Positions 36,491-45,645 are shown, numbered from the stretch's first letter. The stretch is 64,000 nucleotides of DNA from Candidatus Thiovulum karukerense (GCA_024281215.1 JAMJTX010000134.1:1569-65568), one strand, 5' to 3'. The notes: generated by a model not told the origin, from the sequence alone. Program-made: numbers and translations.

Positions 36491-38581
36491 ATGAAAACAT
36501 TCTATTCGCTACTGATGATTTTAGCGATCTCATTTTTTGCCACTGGTTGTAGTAGTTCTAGTGATGAACCAACAACAGCAGTAGCAACAGATGATAACAC
36601 CTCAACAGGTGGTGAAAATAACACTACAACTTGTGAGGCTGATCAAACACTAGTTGATGGTGTATGTGTTGATAATGAACCAGCTCCAACTTGTGAGGCA
36701 AATCAAACACTAGTTGATGGTGTATGTGTTGATAATGAACCAGCTCCAACTTGTGAGGCAAATCAAACACTAGTTGATGGTGTATGTGTTGATAATGAAC
36801 CAGCTTCAACTTGTGAAGCTGACCAAACACTAGTTGATGGTGTATGTGTTGATAACGAACCAGCTCCAGCTTGTGATGAAAACAGCACAATTGAGAATGG
36901 TGAGTGTGTTGATGGTGAAATCCAATGTAATGCTGATTATCTATTAACTGATGGTCAATGTACAATCGATCCAGCTATTGAGTGTAATGATGGCGACACT
37001 ATCTCTCATGGTAGTTGTGAAGATAGAAAAGTAGTATGTTACGAAAACTTCAGTAAAGATGCTGAGGGTAACTGTGTTGCTGATACTTTAGCTTGTGCTT
37101 TCAATGAAGTTCAAGTTGTTGAAGAAGAGACAAATGAGTGTGTTGAGCCAGAGAATCAAGATATCACTTCAGGAACAGCAAGAGATGGTTTAATCTCTGG
37201 TGCTACTGTTACAGCTTGTAAAGTTGTAAATGGTGAGAAGAGTGAAGCTAATGCAACTTGTACTGATACTAACTCATCTGGTGAATTCCAGTGTGCAGTA
37301 AGAGAGAGTAGTGATAGTTACGAATATCTTATATTTAAAGTTGTAAGTGGAACAGATATTGGTGAAAATGTTGCCGATACTAGAGACGACAGACCAAATG
37401 TTGATACTCTAAAATCTGTTTTAAGTAGCAGTGATGTTGTTGCTAATAAAAAAGCTTTTGTATCTCCAGCTACAACTCTTATAGTTCTAAATGCTTCAAA
37501 TAACGGATATGATATCGGGAGTGCAAAGAAAGATATTGCAGATGCTCTAAATGTCTCTGAAGATGATATGTTTGATGAAACAGCTGGTATAAAAGCTGGA
37601 ACTATTGTTGCAAATATTATTGATGCACTAGGTAGTGTTGATAGAGCTAATGCATTTACTATCCTATCTACTAAAACAGCTATTTATGATGAAAATGGTG
37701 TTGTTAATGGACTTTTAACTGAGTTAAATCCGTCAATTACAGCAGAAAGTGTTGTATCTGCTCTTATTAAAGAGAGTGTTGATACTCCATCAGAAAATAG
37801 TGAAACTATTATTGACCTTATTGCAGATAGAGTTGATGCTAACAAAACTGTTTCTGAAACTGTTGTAGCTAATATTAAAACTGTTGTTGAAGCTGATATC
37901 ACAGATAAGACAAATACAGCTCTTTTAGATGTTGTTGCAGAAGTAACAGATCTTAACATTACAAAAATAGATAAAGTCAAAGAGATTCTTGATGCAACAA
38001 CTGATGATACAGCTGCTTCTGAGAAAATCAAAGAGGAGTGGAGTAATATCCTCTCTATAACAGTTGATGATATTAAGAGTGCAATTGGCGAGGATACAAC
38101 TCCAACTTGTGAAGCTAATCAAACTTTAGTTGATGGTGTATGTGTTGATAACAATGTCACTGAAGATAATGCAACAACGGTATGTGATGAGAACAGCACA
38201 ATTGAGAATGGTCAATGTATTGATGGCAATATCACTTGTGACAGCGGGTTCTCTCTAAATAGCGATAACAATGTGTGTGTTCAAGATGATGAGCCAGAGA
38301 CACCAACAATCACTTGTCCAACTGGTGAGACTCTAGTTAATGGTCAATGTATTGTAGTTCAGAAAGATGAAGTCTCTTCACCTGAGGATGTTCCAGCTCT
38401 TCCAACAGATAGAGCATTTGTAGTTGTGCCAGATAGTTTTCCATCTATTCCAAGTGATAGTGATTACAACTCAACAGATAGTTTAGATACGAATCCTACA
38501 ACTCCTGCTGATAATAGCTATCCTTCTCCAGTCTCAATTAGTGGTGAAAATAACAGCACTACACCTTATAGTGTAAATTAA
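36491..38581 (+). CDS. Lipoprotein with Cys-pair (C-x6-8-G-x-C) repeats; sequon-rich
   Basis: Lipobox ATGC. Four 20-aa units TCE(A/D)(N/D)QTLVDGVCVDNEPAP plus about 12 further divergent C...G.C units at both ends. The central ~330 aa are Cys-poor. Confidence 0.6.
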   Translation: MKTFYSLLMILAISFFATGCSSSSDEPTTAVATDDNTSTGGENNTTTCEADQTLVDGVCVDNEPAPTCEANQTLVDGVCVDNEPAPTCEANQTLVDGVCVDNEPASTCEADQTLVDGVCVDNEPAPACDENSTIENGECVDGEIQCNADYLLTDGQCTIDPAIECNDGDTISHGSCEDRKVVCYENFSKDAEGNCVADTLACAFNEVQVVEEETNECVEPENQDITSGTARDGLISGATVTACKVVNGEKSEANATCTDTNSSGEFQCAVRESSDSYEYLIFKVVSGTDIGENVADTRDDRPNVDTLKSVLSSSDVVANKKAFVSPATTLIVLNASNNGYDIGSAKKDIADALNVSEDDMFDETAGIKAGTIVANIIDALGSVDRANAFTILSTKTAIYDENGVVNGLLTELNPSITAESVVSALIKESVDTPSENSETIIDLIADRVDANKTVSETVVANIKTVVEADITDKTNTALLDVVAEVTDLNITKIDKVKEILDATTDDTAASEKIKEEWSNILSITVDDIKSAIGEDTTPTCEANQTLVDGVCVDNNVTEDNATTVCDENSTIENGQCIDGNITCDSGFSLNSDNNVCVQDDEPETPTITCPTGETLVNGQCIVVQKDEVSSPEDVPALPTDRAFVVVPDSFPSIPSDSDYNSTDSLDTNPTTPADNSYPSPVSISGENNSTTPYSVN
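36629..36868. repeat. 60-nt tandem repeat, 4 in-frame units (coding)
   Basis: Units 2 and 3 (36689-36748 and 36749-36808) are identical. An isolated related copy lies at about 38100-38155. Confidence 0.95.
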
Positions 38582-38624
38582 TTTTCTACCTACTCTCCCC
38601 CCATTTGGGGGTAGTCTATAAACA

Positions 38625-39074
38625 ATGAAAACATCTATCTTAATACTAACTGTAATTTTTGGTACATTCTTATATTTTCAGTTTAATCCATCTTATCGAC
38701 TCTCAATGGAGGCAAAGCTCTACTATACAGTTGGCGATTATGAGATAGCCTATAAATTGGCAGATGAATCTTTAAAGATTCGCGAATACAATACAATGGC
38801 TTTTCACATTAAAACTAGAAGTGGTTTAGCTCTTGAGATGAAGAGGTTTATTGAAGAAGCTGATGGGTTTGAAGTTAAAATCTTAGAGATCTTTAAAAAG
38901 GGTAAAGCTTCTCGACAAGATAAACTAAGAGTCAAAATGATGTCTGATGTGATTCTCTCAAAATATCATAACTTATCTCATAGGTTTATTGAAGATGAGG
39001 AGTTGCAAGAGAGTGCAAAAGAGAGATTTGAGAAGTTTCAAAAGATTAACTCTCAAGTAAAAGAGGTGATTTAA
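38625..39074 (+). CDS. Hypothetical membrane-anchored protein
   Basis: 149 aa with an N-terminal TM and a helical remainder. No recognised motif. Confidence 0.4.
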   Translation: MKTSILILTVIFGTFLYFQFNPSYRLSMEAKLYYTVGDYEIAYKLADESLKIREYNTMAFHIKTRSGLALEMKRFIEEADGFEVKILEIFKKGKASRQDKLRVKMMSDVILSKYHNLSHRFIEDEELQESAKERFEKFQKINSQVKEVI

Positions 39075-39099
39075 CACTTTAACAGAGGTAACTGACATA

Positions 39100-39387
39100 A
39101 TGAAGTTAAAACGAGTAGAGGGTATAGAGTTCGTAGGTAGTTACGAGTTTCAACCTGTTGATGTAAAGTTCTTTCGTAAATTCTATTTAGAAGTTTCCCA
39201 TGCAAACCTTTTTAAATTTAAATTAAAGATAACTGTCAAAAAAAACAATCTTTTCGAATATCACTTTATAAGTAAGAAGCGAAATATTCATGAAGCTTTC
39301 CACACAAAAAGAGGTTTAATAGATGGTCTTTTAGAGTTAAAAGCTATTTTAATGGACTCAGAAAACTTTAGAAGTTCAAAGAGATAG
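39100..39387 (+). CDS. Hypothetical basic protein
   Basis: 95-aa ORF with an ATG start, 25 nt after the previous gene. No recognised motif. Confidence 0.35.
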   Translation: MKLKRVEGIEFVGSYEFQPVDVKFFRKFYLEVSHANLFKFKLKITVKKNNLFEYHFISKKRNIHEAFHTKRGLIDGLLELKAILMDSENFRSSKR

Positions 39388-39465
39388 TGTAGTTTAGATT
39401 TTAAAGGGAGTTTCAGAAAAAAATATTGTAAAATGACAAAAATTAAATTAAGAGGATTTTAATAA

Positions 39466-39789
39466 ATGGCAAAACCTGTAAGTTTAACAGATGCTACATT
39501 TGATAGCGGTATTGCAGAAGGTGTATCTTTAGTAGATTTCTGGGCTCCTTGGTGTGGTCCTTGTAGAATGATTGCTCCAATTATCGAAGAGTTAGCTGAA
39601 GAGTTTGATGGTAGAGCAACTATCGCTAAAGTAAATACTGATGAAGAGCAGATGACTGCTGTTAAATATGGAATTAGATCTATCCCAACACTTCTTATCT
39701 TTAAAGATGGTAAGCCAGTTGATCAAGTGATTGGTGCTGTTCCTAAGCAAGTTTTCACTTCTAAGTTAGAAGCTGTATTAAACTCTTAA
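39466..39789 (+). CDS. trxA: Thioredoxin
   Basis: 107 aa with VDFWAPWCGPCRMIAP active site. Confidence 0.95.
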   Translation: MAKPVSLTDATFDSGIAEGVSLVDFWAPWCGPCRMIAPIIEELAEEFDGRATIAKVNTDEEQMTAVKYGIRSIPTLLIFKDGKPVDQVIGAVPKQVFTSKLEAVLNS

Positions 39790-39790
39790 T

Positions 39791-40234
39791 ATGGTTGGAA
39801 GGCTTTTCGCCTCCTTCTTTGGCGCCGCAATGATTGCCGGTGCCTTTGCCTACTATAACTACAAATTTTCCCAATTCAAATTTATCGATTTTGACTATTT
39901 TACACTTTATGAGAAGAGTGATATATTTAAGCCAGTAGCTGAAGAGTATCTTCTTATTATCTATAACTCAAGAGATCAATTAAGTTTAGAAAAATTAAAA
40001 AAGATAAAGAGTAATTCACCTATAATCCTCTTGGACTATTATCAGACAATCTCCGAACGAGATATGGGTGAATTAAATGTAACAGAGGTAAAGACTGGAA
40101 CAGACACTTTTTTAAAGATTGTTCAGAGATTTAATGTTTATGATTTGCCAACCCTCTTTTATATAAAAAGGGCAAAAGAGCATCTCTATAAACAGGATAG
40201 TGATATTTACAAATTAAGCGAATTTAAATTTTAG
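39791..40234 (+). CDS. Membrane-anchored hypothetical protein between trxA and trxB
   Basis: 147 aa with an N-terminal hydrophobic helix and no Cys motif. It starts 2 nt after the trxA stop. Confidence 0.45.
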   Translation: MVGRLFASFFGAAMIAGAFAYYNYKFSQFKFIDFDYFTLYEKSDIFKPVAEEYLLIIYNSRDQLSLEKLKKIKSNSPIILLDYYQTISERDMGELNVTEVKTGTDTFLKIVQRFNVYDLPTLFYIKRAKEHLYKQDSDIYKLSEFKF

Positions 40235-40243
40235 GAGTAAATT

Positions 40244-41179
40244 ATGTTAGATGTAGCAATTATTGGGGGAGGTCCTGCGGGATTGACGGCTGGACTCTAT
40301 GCAACTAGAGGTGGTCTTAAAAATGTAACTATGTTTGAGAAGGGTATGCCAGGAGGTCAGATTATGAACTCTTCAGAGATTGAGAACTACCCTGGGGTTT
40401 CTCAAGTTATGAGTGGTATGGACTTAATGGCATCTTGGCCAGAGCAGTGTCAGAGATTTGGACTTAAGCATGAGATGGTAAATGTTGAAAAAGTTTCAAG
40501 AAATAAGAATGGAACTTTCACAATCCATAAAGATGATGGTTCAACAGAAGATGCCCTATCTGTAATTGTTGGAACTGGTTCAACTCCAAAAAGAGCTGGA
40601 TTCAAAGGTGAAGCAGAATTCTTTGGAAAGGGTGTCTCAACTTGTGCAACTTGTGATGGTTTCTTTTATAAGAACAAAGAGGTAACAGTTATTGGTGGTG
40701 GTGATACCGCTCTTGAAGAGGCTGTTTATTTAGCAGGAATCTGCTCAAAAGTCTATCTTGTTCATCGACGAGAAGAGTTCCGAGCTGCACCATCAACAGT
40801 GGAGAGAGCTAAAAATACAGAGAATATTGAATTTGTTCTTAACTCTAAGCCTGATGAAGTGTTTGGAGATATGATGGGTGTTCAAGGAATAAAAGTTGCA
40901 ACTCCAGAGGGAATTAGACAACTCGATACAACTGGTGTATTTATTTTTGTTGGGAACGATGTAAATAACGGTGTTCTCAAAGATGAGAACGGTAACTTTA
41001 TTTGTGATGTTACAGAGTGGGGTGAAGTTGTTGTTGATCTGAAGATGAAGACATCTGTTGATGGTCTTTTTGCGACTGGTGATATGAGACTTGATGCTCC
41101 AAAACAGGTTGTTGTTGCTGCGGGTGATGGTGCAACTGCTGCAATTGGTGCAATCTCTTATGTAATGGAGCATAAATAA
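40244..41179 (+). CDS. trxB: Thioredoxin-disulfide reductase
   Basis: [15 protein letters not shown], redox-active [16 protein letters not shown]. Confidence 0.95.
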   Translation: MLDVAIIGGGPAGLTAGLYATRGGLKNVTMFEKGMPGGQIMNSSEIENYPGVSQVMSGMDLMASWPEQCQRFGLKHEMVNVEKVSRNKNGTFTIHKDDGSTEDALSVIVGTGSTPKRAGFKGEAEFFGKGVSTCATCDGFFYKNKEVTVIGGGDTALEEAVYLAGICSKVYLVHRREEFRAAPSTVERAKNTENIEFVLNSKPDEVFGDMMGVQGIKVATPEGIRQLDTTGVFIFVGNDVNNGVLKDENGNFICDVTEWGEVVVDLKMKTSVDGLFATGDMRLDAPKQVVVAAGDGATAAIGAISYVMEHK

Positions 41180-41949
41180 TGGCTAAAGTTGGACTGTTTG
41201 GAGGCTCTGGAAGAGTTGGTCAGAGACTTGTAGCACTCTTAGAAGAGCATAAAAGCCTAAGTTTATCAGCTGTTTTCATTAAAGATCTTGGTGATTTCCC
41301 AGAGACTGATGGTGTTGTTGTAACACAGAGTGTAGAGGAGTTTCTAAACTCTGTTGATCTTGTTATTGACTTCTCTCTACCAGAGGCAACAGAGACTCTT
41401 CTTGAGGGAGTGCTATCTAATGGAGCAAAATCTCTTGTTATCGGAACAACAGGACTTTCACCTCATCAACAGAATTTGCTTGTTAAAGCTTCAGAGAAGT
41501 CACCTATTCTCTATGCTACCAATATGTCGCTTGGGGTAGCAATGTTAAATCAACTTGTAGCAACAGCATCAAAGTCGTTGAGAGAGTTTGATATTGAGAT
41601 TGTTGAGATGCACCATAGACATAAGAAAGATGCTCCATCTGGAACTGCTCTAACTCTTGCAGAGAGTGCAGCAAAAGCTCGTGATTTCAATCTTGATGAT
41701 GTGAGAATTAGCGGACGAGATGGAAACATAGGGGCTAGAACAAAAGATGAGATCTCTGTTATGGCTCTTCGTGGTGGTGATATTGTTGGTCGTCATACTG
41801 TTGGCTTCTATAATGATGGTGAGTTTATTGAACTGAATCATACGGCAACAAGTCGAGATACTTTTGCAAAGGGTGCTCTACATGCTGGAGAGTGGCTTCT
41901 TAATCAAGAGGCTGGACTCTATGATATTAAAGACTGTTTAGATATTTAA
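41179..41949 (+). CDS. dapB: 4-hydroxy-tetrahydrodipicolinate reductase
   Basis: GGSGRVGQ NAD site; EIVEMHHRHKKDAPSGTA signature. Confidence 0.9.
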   Translation: MAKVGLFGGSGRVGQRLVALLEEHKSLSLSAVFIKDLGDFPETDGVVVTQSVEEFLNSVDLVIDFSLPEATETLLEGVLSNGAKSLVIGTTGLSPHQQNLLVKASEKSPILYATNMSLGVAMLNQLVATASKSLREFDIEIVEMHHRHKKDAPSGTALTLAESAAKARDFNLDDVRISGRDGNIGARTKDEISVMALRGGDIVGRHTVGFYNDGEFIELNHTATSRDTFAKGALHAGEWLLNQEAGLYDIKDCLDI

Positions 41950-41960
41950 CAAGTTAAAAC

Positions 41961-41977
41961 GGGACTCTTTTTGTCCC
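41961..41977 (+). terminator. Hairpin GGGAC-TCTTTTT-GTCCC downstream of dapB
   Basis: 5-bp G/C stem immediately after dapB. It abuts the family-2 repeat motif. Confidence 0.45.
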
Positions 41978-41978
41978 A

Positions 41979-42007
41979 CTTGGATTCACATGATAAGCAA
42001 CTCCCTC
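41979..42007. repeat. Intergenic repeat family 2, copy B (CTTGGATTCACATGATAAGCAACTCCCTC)
   Basis: Near-identical core to 20860-20879. The ACTCCC tail is shared with 25346-25351. Confidence 0.7.
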
Positions 42008-42113
42008 AAAACTTAAAGTGTGTTAAAATTTTCTAATAATAAAAATTAGATATATGGATTTTAATATTGGAAAAGAAGATAGACTATACTCTTAAAAATA
42101 GTAAATATATACT

Positions 42114-44444
42114 TTGGGGGCATTGATATTTGCTTGGATAGCCCTGTTTCTTGATACAAGCGATAAAATTGAGAACTTTTATAAAGAGAAGCTCTATGAT
42201 GTAGAAGTTCAATATAGCAGTCAAACAATATCATTACAAGAGAATGTTGAAAATCTATTTTTATCTATTATTACTCCAGAAATTAAAGCTCTACTCTCTC
42301 AAACATACAATGAAGAGAACTCAACACGATTAAATATTATTAGAGACGAGTTACATAAAAGACTTAAAGATGATTATCAATTTTTAAAGAGTCGAGGAAT
42401 TAAGCTGGTGCATTTCCACCTACCTAACGGAGACTCATTTTTAAGACTGCATAAACCTAATAAGTTTGGGGACAATCTTCTATCAGTTCGTAAAACTGTT
42501 GAACAAGTTATCAATACAGAGAAGATTGTTAGAGCTTTTGAAGTTGGAAAGCACTTTGAAGGTTTTAGATATATATTTCCTATTAAACTCGGTGGTCAAT
42601 ACTTAGGTAGTGTAGAGTTCTCTCTATCATCACAATCTTTTAAAGAGTCTCTTAATAGTTCTCTTGATTCAATGTTCTTTTTCATACTCAAAAAAGAGTA
42701 TATGGTTCAACATCTAAATAGTGGATATCTAGCTAAAAACTTTCATCAAAGTAGAGTGAATAAAGAGTACTTTATTGCTAATCATCATAATGTAGATAGA
42801 GGCGGTGTCTGTCTACTATCTCATATTGCTCCAGAGGTAAAAAGTAATATGAAAAGTCAAGAGAGCTTTATTCATCATAACTACAACTCTCTACTGACTG
42901 GTAATATTTTTACTTTTCTCTCAATTGCAGATATTAATGGAGTTCATATGGGCTATCTTGTCTCCGTTAGAGATGATTGGATAGTCAATAAACTTACAAT
43001 AGAGTTAGTTGTTAGAGTCCTAGTCGCAACAATCTTACTTCTAATAATATATCGCCTCTACTCTCGTTCAATTGTGGATAGCTATCAACTGACACAGTTT
43101 GTCAATTTTCTTGACAATACAGCCCTTGTCTCAAAAACAGATAAATATGGTCGCATTACCTATGTCAATAGTAAGTTTTGTGAAATTAGTGGATACTCTA
43201 AAAATGAACTAATTGGCAGTGGTCATAGTCTTGTTCGTTCTAGTGCTACACCTAAAGAGGTGTATAGAGATTTATGGAAAACTATTGTTTCTGGAAAGCA
43301 CTGGCATGGGCACTTAACAAATAGAAAAAAGAGTGGTGAGAATTACACTGTTTTAGCTGATGTCTTCCCTATTTTCGATCCTCAAGGTGAAGTGGCTGAA
43401 TATATAGCTATTCGCCATGATATAACCGAACTAGAACTTCTTAGAAAAGAGCTTCACAACAGTTTGATTGAACAGAGTGGTATCTTTAAACAGTATGAAG
43501 ATGCTGTTGTTAATTCAACTATTGTTGTCAAATTAAATAAAGACTTTGAGGTGACTTTTGTTAATAATAACTACCTATCTATATCTGGTCGTAGAAAAGG
43601 CGAGGCTGAGGGTAGAAATATTATTGAGCTACTTGCAACAGAAGATCGTGAGATGTTCAAGGAGACAATTGAGAGGTTATCTAAAGGTGAAGTTGTAAAA
43701 GATATCTTTAGAAGCCTAAAGCAAGACGGTAGTCAATTATACACAAAAACTGTTATTAAACCTCTAACAGATAGTCAAGGTAATATATTAGAGTACTTAA
43801 CAATAGGGATAGATATTAGTGAAGTTATTGAGCTTCAACATGAGATTGAAGATACTCAAAAAGAGGTTGTTTTTAGAATGGGTGCCATTGGAGAGACTCG
43901 CTCTAAAGAGACTGGCAATCATGTTAAACGAGTTGCAGAGTACTCAAAACTACTAGGAACACTCTATGGGTTACCTGATAGTGAGGTTGAACTTCTGAAA
44001 CAAGCTTCTCCTATGCATGATATCGGAAAGGTTGGTATTCCGGACTCTATTCTTAAAAAACTTGGCAAATTAACATTTGAGGAGTTTGAGATTATGAAGA
44101 CTCACTCAATGTTGGGCTATGAGATGTTAAAACACTCAAACAGACCAATTCTCAAAACTGCAGCAATTGTAGCTTATGAGCATCATGAAAAATGGAATGG
44201 AAAAGGTTATCCAAGAGGATTAAAGGGTAATAACATTCATATCTATGGTCGAATTACAGCTATTGCTGATGTCTTTGATGCTCTTGGAAGCGACAGAATT
44301 TATAAAAAAGCTTGGGAGCTAGATAGAATCATCAATTTGCTAAAAGAGGAGTCTGGACAACACTTTGATCCACATCTAATAAATCTATTTCTCCAGAGTT
44401 TGCCAAAATTCCTAGAGATTAGAGATCAGTTCCAAGACTGCTAA
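42114..44444 (+). CDS. Sensor HD-GYP phosphodiesterase (Cache-like periplasmic domain, TM, two PAS, HD-GYP)
   Basis: KLVHFHLPNGDSFLRLHKPNKFGDNL (Cache_3-Cache_2-like). PAS regions (GRITYVNSKFCEISGY..). HDIGKVGIPD and HHEKWNGKGYPRGL. Confidence 0.8.
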   Translation: MGALIFAWIALFLDTSDKIENFYKEKLYDVEVQYSSQTISLQENVENLFLSIITPEIKALLSQTYNEENSTRLNIIRDELHKRLKDDYQFLKSRGIKLVHFHLPNGDSFLRLHKPNKFGDNLLSVRKTVEQVINTEKIVRAFEVGKHFEGFRYIFPIKLGGQYLGSVEFSLSSQSFKESLNSSLDSMFFFILKKEYMVQHLNSGYLAKNFHQSRVNKEYFIANHHNVDRGGVCLLSHIAPEVKSNMKSQESFIHHNYNSLLTGNIFTFLSIADINGVHMGYLVSVRDDWIVNKLTIELVVRVLVATILLLIIYRLYSRSIVDSYQLTQFVNFLDNTALVSKTDKYGRITYVNSKFCEISGYSKNELIGSGHSLVRSSATPKEVYRDLWKTIVSGKHWHGHLTNRKKSGENYTVLADVFPIFDPQGEVAEYIAIRHDITELELLRKELHNSLIEQSGIFKQYEDAVVNSTIVVKLNKDFEVTFVNNNYLSISGRRKGEAEGRNIIELLATEDREMFKETIERLSKGEVVKDIFRSLKQDGSQLYTKTVIKPLTDSQGNILEYLTIGIDISEVIELQHEIEDTQKEVVFRMGAIGETRSKETGNHVKRVAEYSKLLGTLYGLPDSEVELLKQASPMHDIGKVGIPDSILKKLGKLTFEEFEIMKTHSMLGYEMLKHSNRPILKTAAIVAYEHHEKWNGKGYPRGLKGNNIHIYGRITAIADVFDALGSDRIYKKAWELDRIINLLKEESGQHFDPHLINLFLQSLPKFLEIRDQFQDC

Positions 44445-45171
44445 TATAACTCTCTGATAATTTTCTTAGAGCCTCTTTATGACCAGTACTATTAAAATGG
44501 ATACCATCATATAGCTCTTGAATATTGGAGAAATCGACTATTGTAGAGTTGTCAATTGCTAATGATAGTTGATCAAGAAAGATATTAGTTATTTTTAACT
44601 GCTTATAAAATGATGCCGGTCTTTTCCTTGGTGATATATAGTCTTTGCTTAGAATAGGTGTATTAATAATAAACTGTTTTGTAAATGAGTTGTTCACTAT
44701 CTGACCAATCTCTTTAGTAATCTTCTCTCCATATTCTATTGAGTATAAAGAACTACTATCTCCTGATGAGATTCTAAACTCTTTTTCAACCTCTTTAACT
44801 AAAAAATTGCCACCTAAACTACTCTCTATCTGCATAGCACTATCATTAATGTTAGATAGTTTTTTAGGTGTAAAATCTACCAATCCTAAATTTGTTATAA
44901 GTATTTCAAAAGATATATCTTTATACTCTTTTAGGAAGTTTATAAGAGTTGCAAATGTAGTTAGGTTTTTTGGTCTTGATATTAGTAAGAAACTATTTTG
45001 AGCTAAATAACTTTTTGCAAACTGATAGCAGAAACCATCTTCAATATTTTGTGTAGCTGTTTGAAGCCCACGACTATCACAAAAGAGTAGATAGTCATAG
45101 TGAGATAAGAGGAGTTCGCTATTACTAATAGCTATATTCTCATTTGATGTGCTATCTTCACCTATTGGCAA
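44419..45171 (-). CDS. SGNH/GDSL-like hydrolase family protein
   Basis: FCDSRG (block I-like) and DGIHFNSTGH (block V D-x-x-H). Start codon uncertain (TTG at 45171). The 3' end overlaps the HD-GYP gene by 26 nt. Confidence 0.5.
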   Translation of the reverse strand: MPIGEDSTSNENIAISNSELLLSHYDYLLFCDSRGLQTATQNIEDGFCYQFAKSYLAQNSFLLISRPKNLTTFATLINFLKEYKDISFEILITNLGLVDFTPKKLSNINDSAMQIESSLGGNFLVKEVEKEFRISSGDSSSLYSIEYGEKITKEIGQIVNNSFTKQFIINTPILSKDYISPRKRPASFYKQLKITNIFLDQLSLAIDNSTIVDFSNIQELYDGIHFNSTGHKEALRKLSESYISSLGTDL

Positions 45172-45253
45172 AGTTATCCTATGTGAAAACAGTATATGGT
45201 TATTAAGTTTTATAATGATAATCCTCTTCTATCTCTATTTATACATGAGGGCA

Positions 45254-45288
45254 GATTCACACAATAAGCGAATAATTATTTATGATTT
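45254..45288. repeat. Intergenic repeat family 2, divergent copy C
   Basis: GATTCACACAATAAGCGAATAATTATTTATGATTT aligns with 20863-20903 (GATTCATATGATAAGCGAATAATC..TATGATTT). Confidence 0.55.
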
Positions 45289-45645
45289 GACATACTCTCC
45301 ATAGCTAAAGCTAGAGGATTCTGCTTCAACAAGAGTGGCCTATAATTAGGTCTTACACTCTCTCTATATAAGTTGATGCCCCAACTCAAATTTTATATCC
45401 GAGATTTTACCCTTCGTGATATAATCAATAAAAGAATTATACTTAAAATTACTCAGGTGAAAAAACTTCACCATCATAATTTTATAAGCCCTATATCCCC
45501 ATATCTAAAAGATAGGGGCTTTACGGCTTGTTCGGTAAATCAACTTAATAGTTTGAATCTATTTCAATTTTCAAAATATAACTCAGAACTATTTAATTAA
45601 AAAAGATTAAGATTCCGCACAAATAAAAAAGTTTGGAATAAGTAT

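Noticed and set aside
36624-36965. A 113-aa reverse-strand ORF across the 60-nt repeats.
   Set aside because: It is an artefact of the repeat periodicity inside the well-supported Cys-repeat lipoprotein gene, and its peptide is repetitive H/Q/L text.
40793-41173. Antisense or alternative-frame ORFs inside strongly supported genes: 40793-41173 in trxB, 49414-49854 in cmoB, 63227-63604 in the GT2 gene, 9281-9544 in the DUF1566 gene, 10910-11203 and 11567-11890 in apbC, and 24101-24433 in the ABC exporter.
   Set aside because: Each overlaps a gene with clear family motifs and has no motif or RBS of its own. Long accidental ORFs are typical of AT-rich genomes on the antisense of coding regions.
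45212-45223. ATAATGATAATC as a Fur box.
   Set aside because: Only about 12 nt of the 19-bp consensus are present and there is no second half-site. It also lies about 420 nt from feoA. It is mentioned as a hint only, not annotated.
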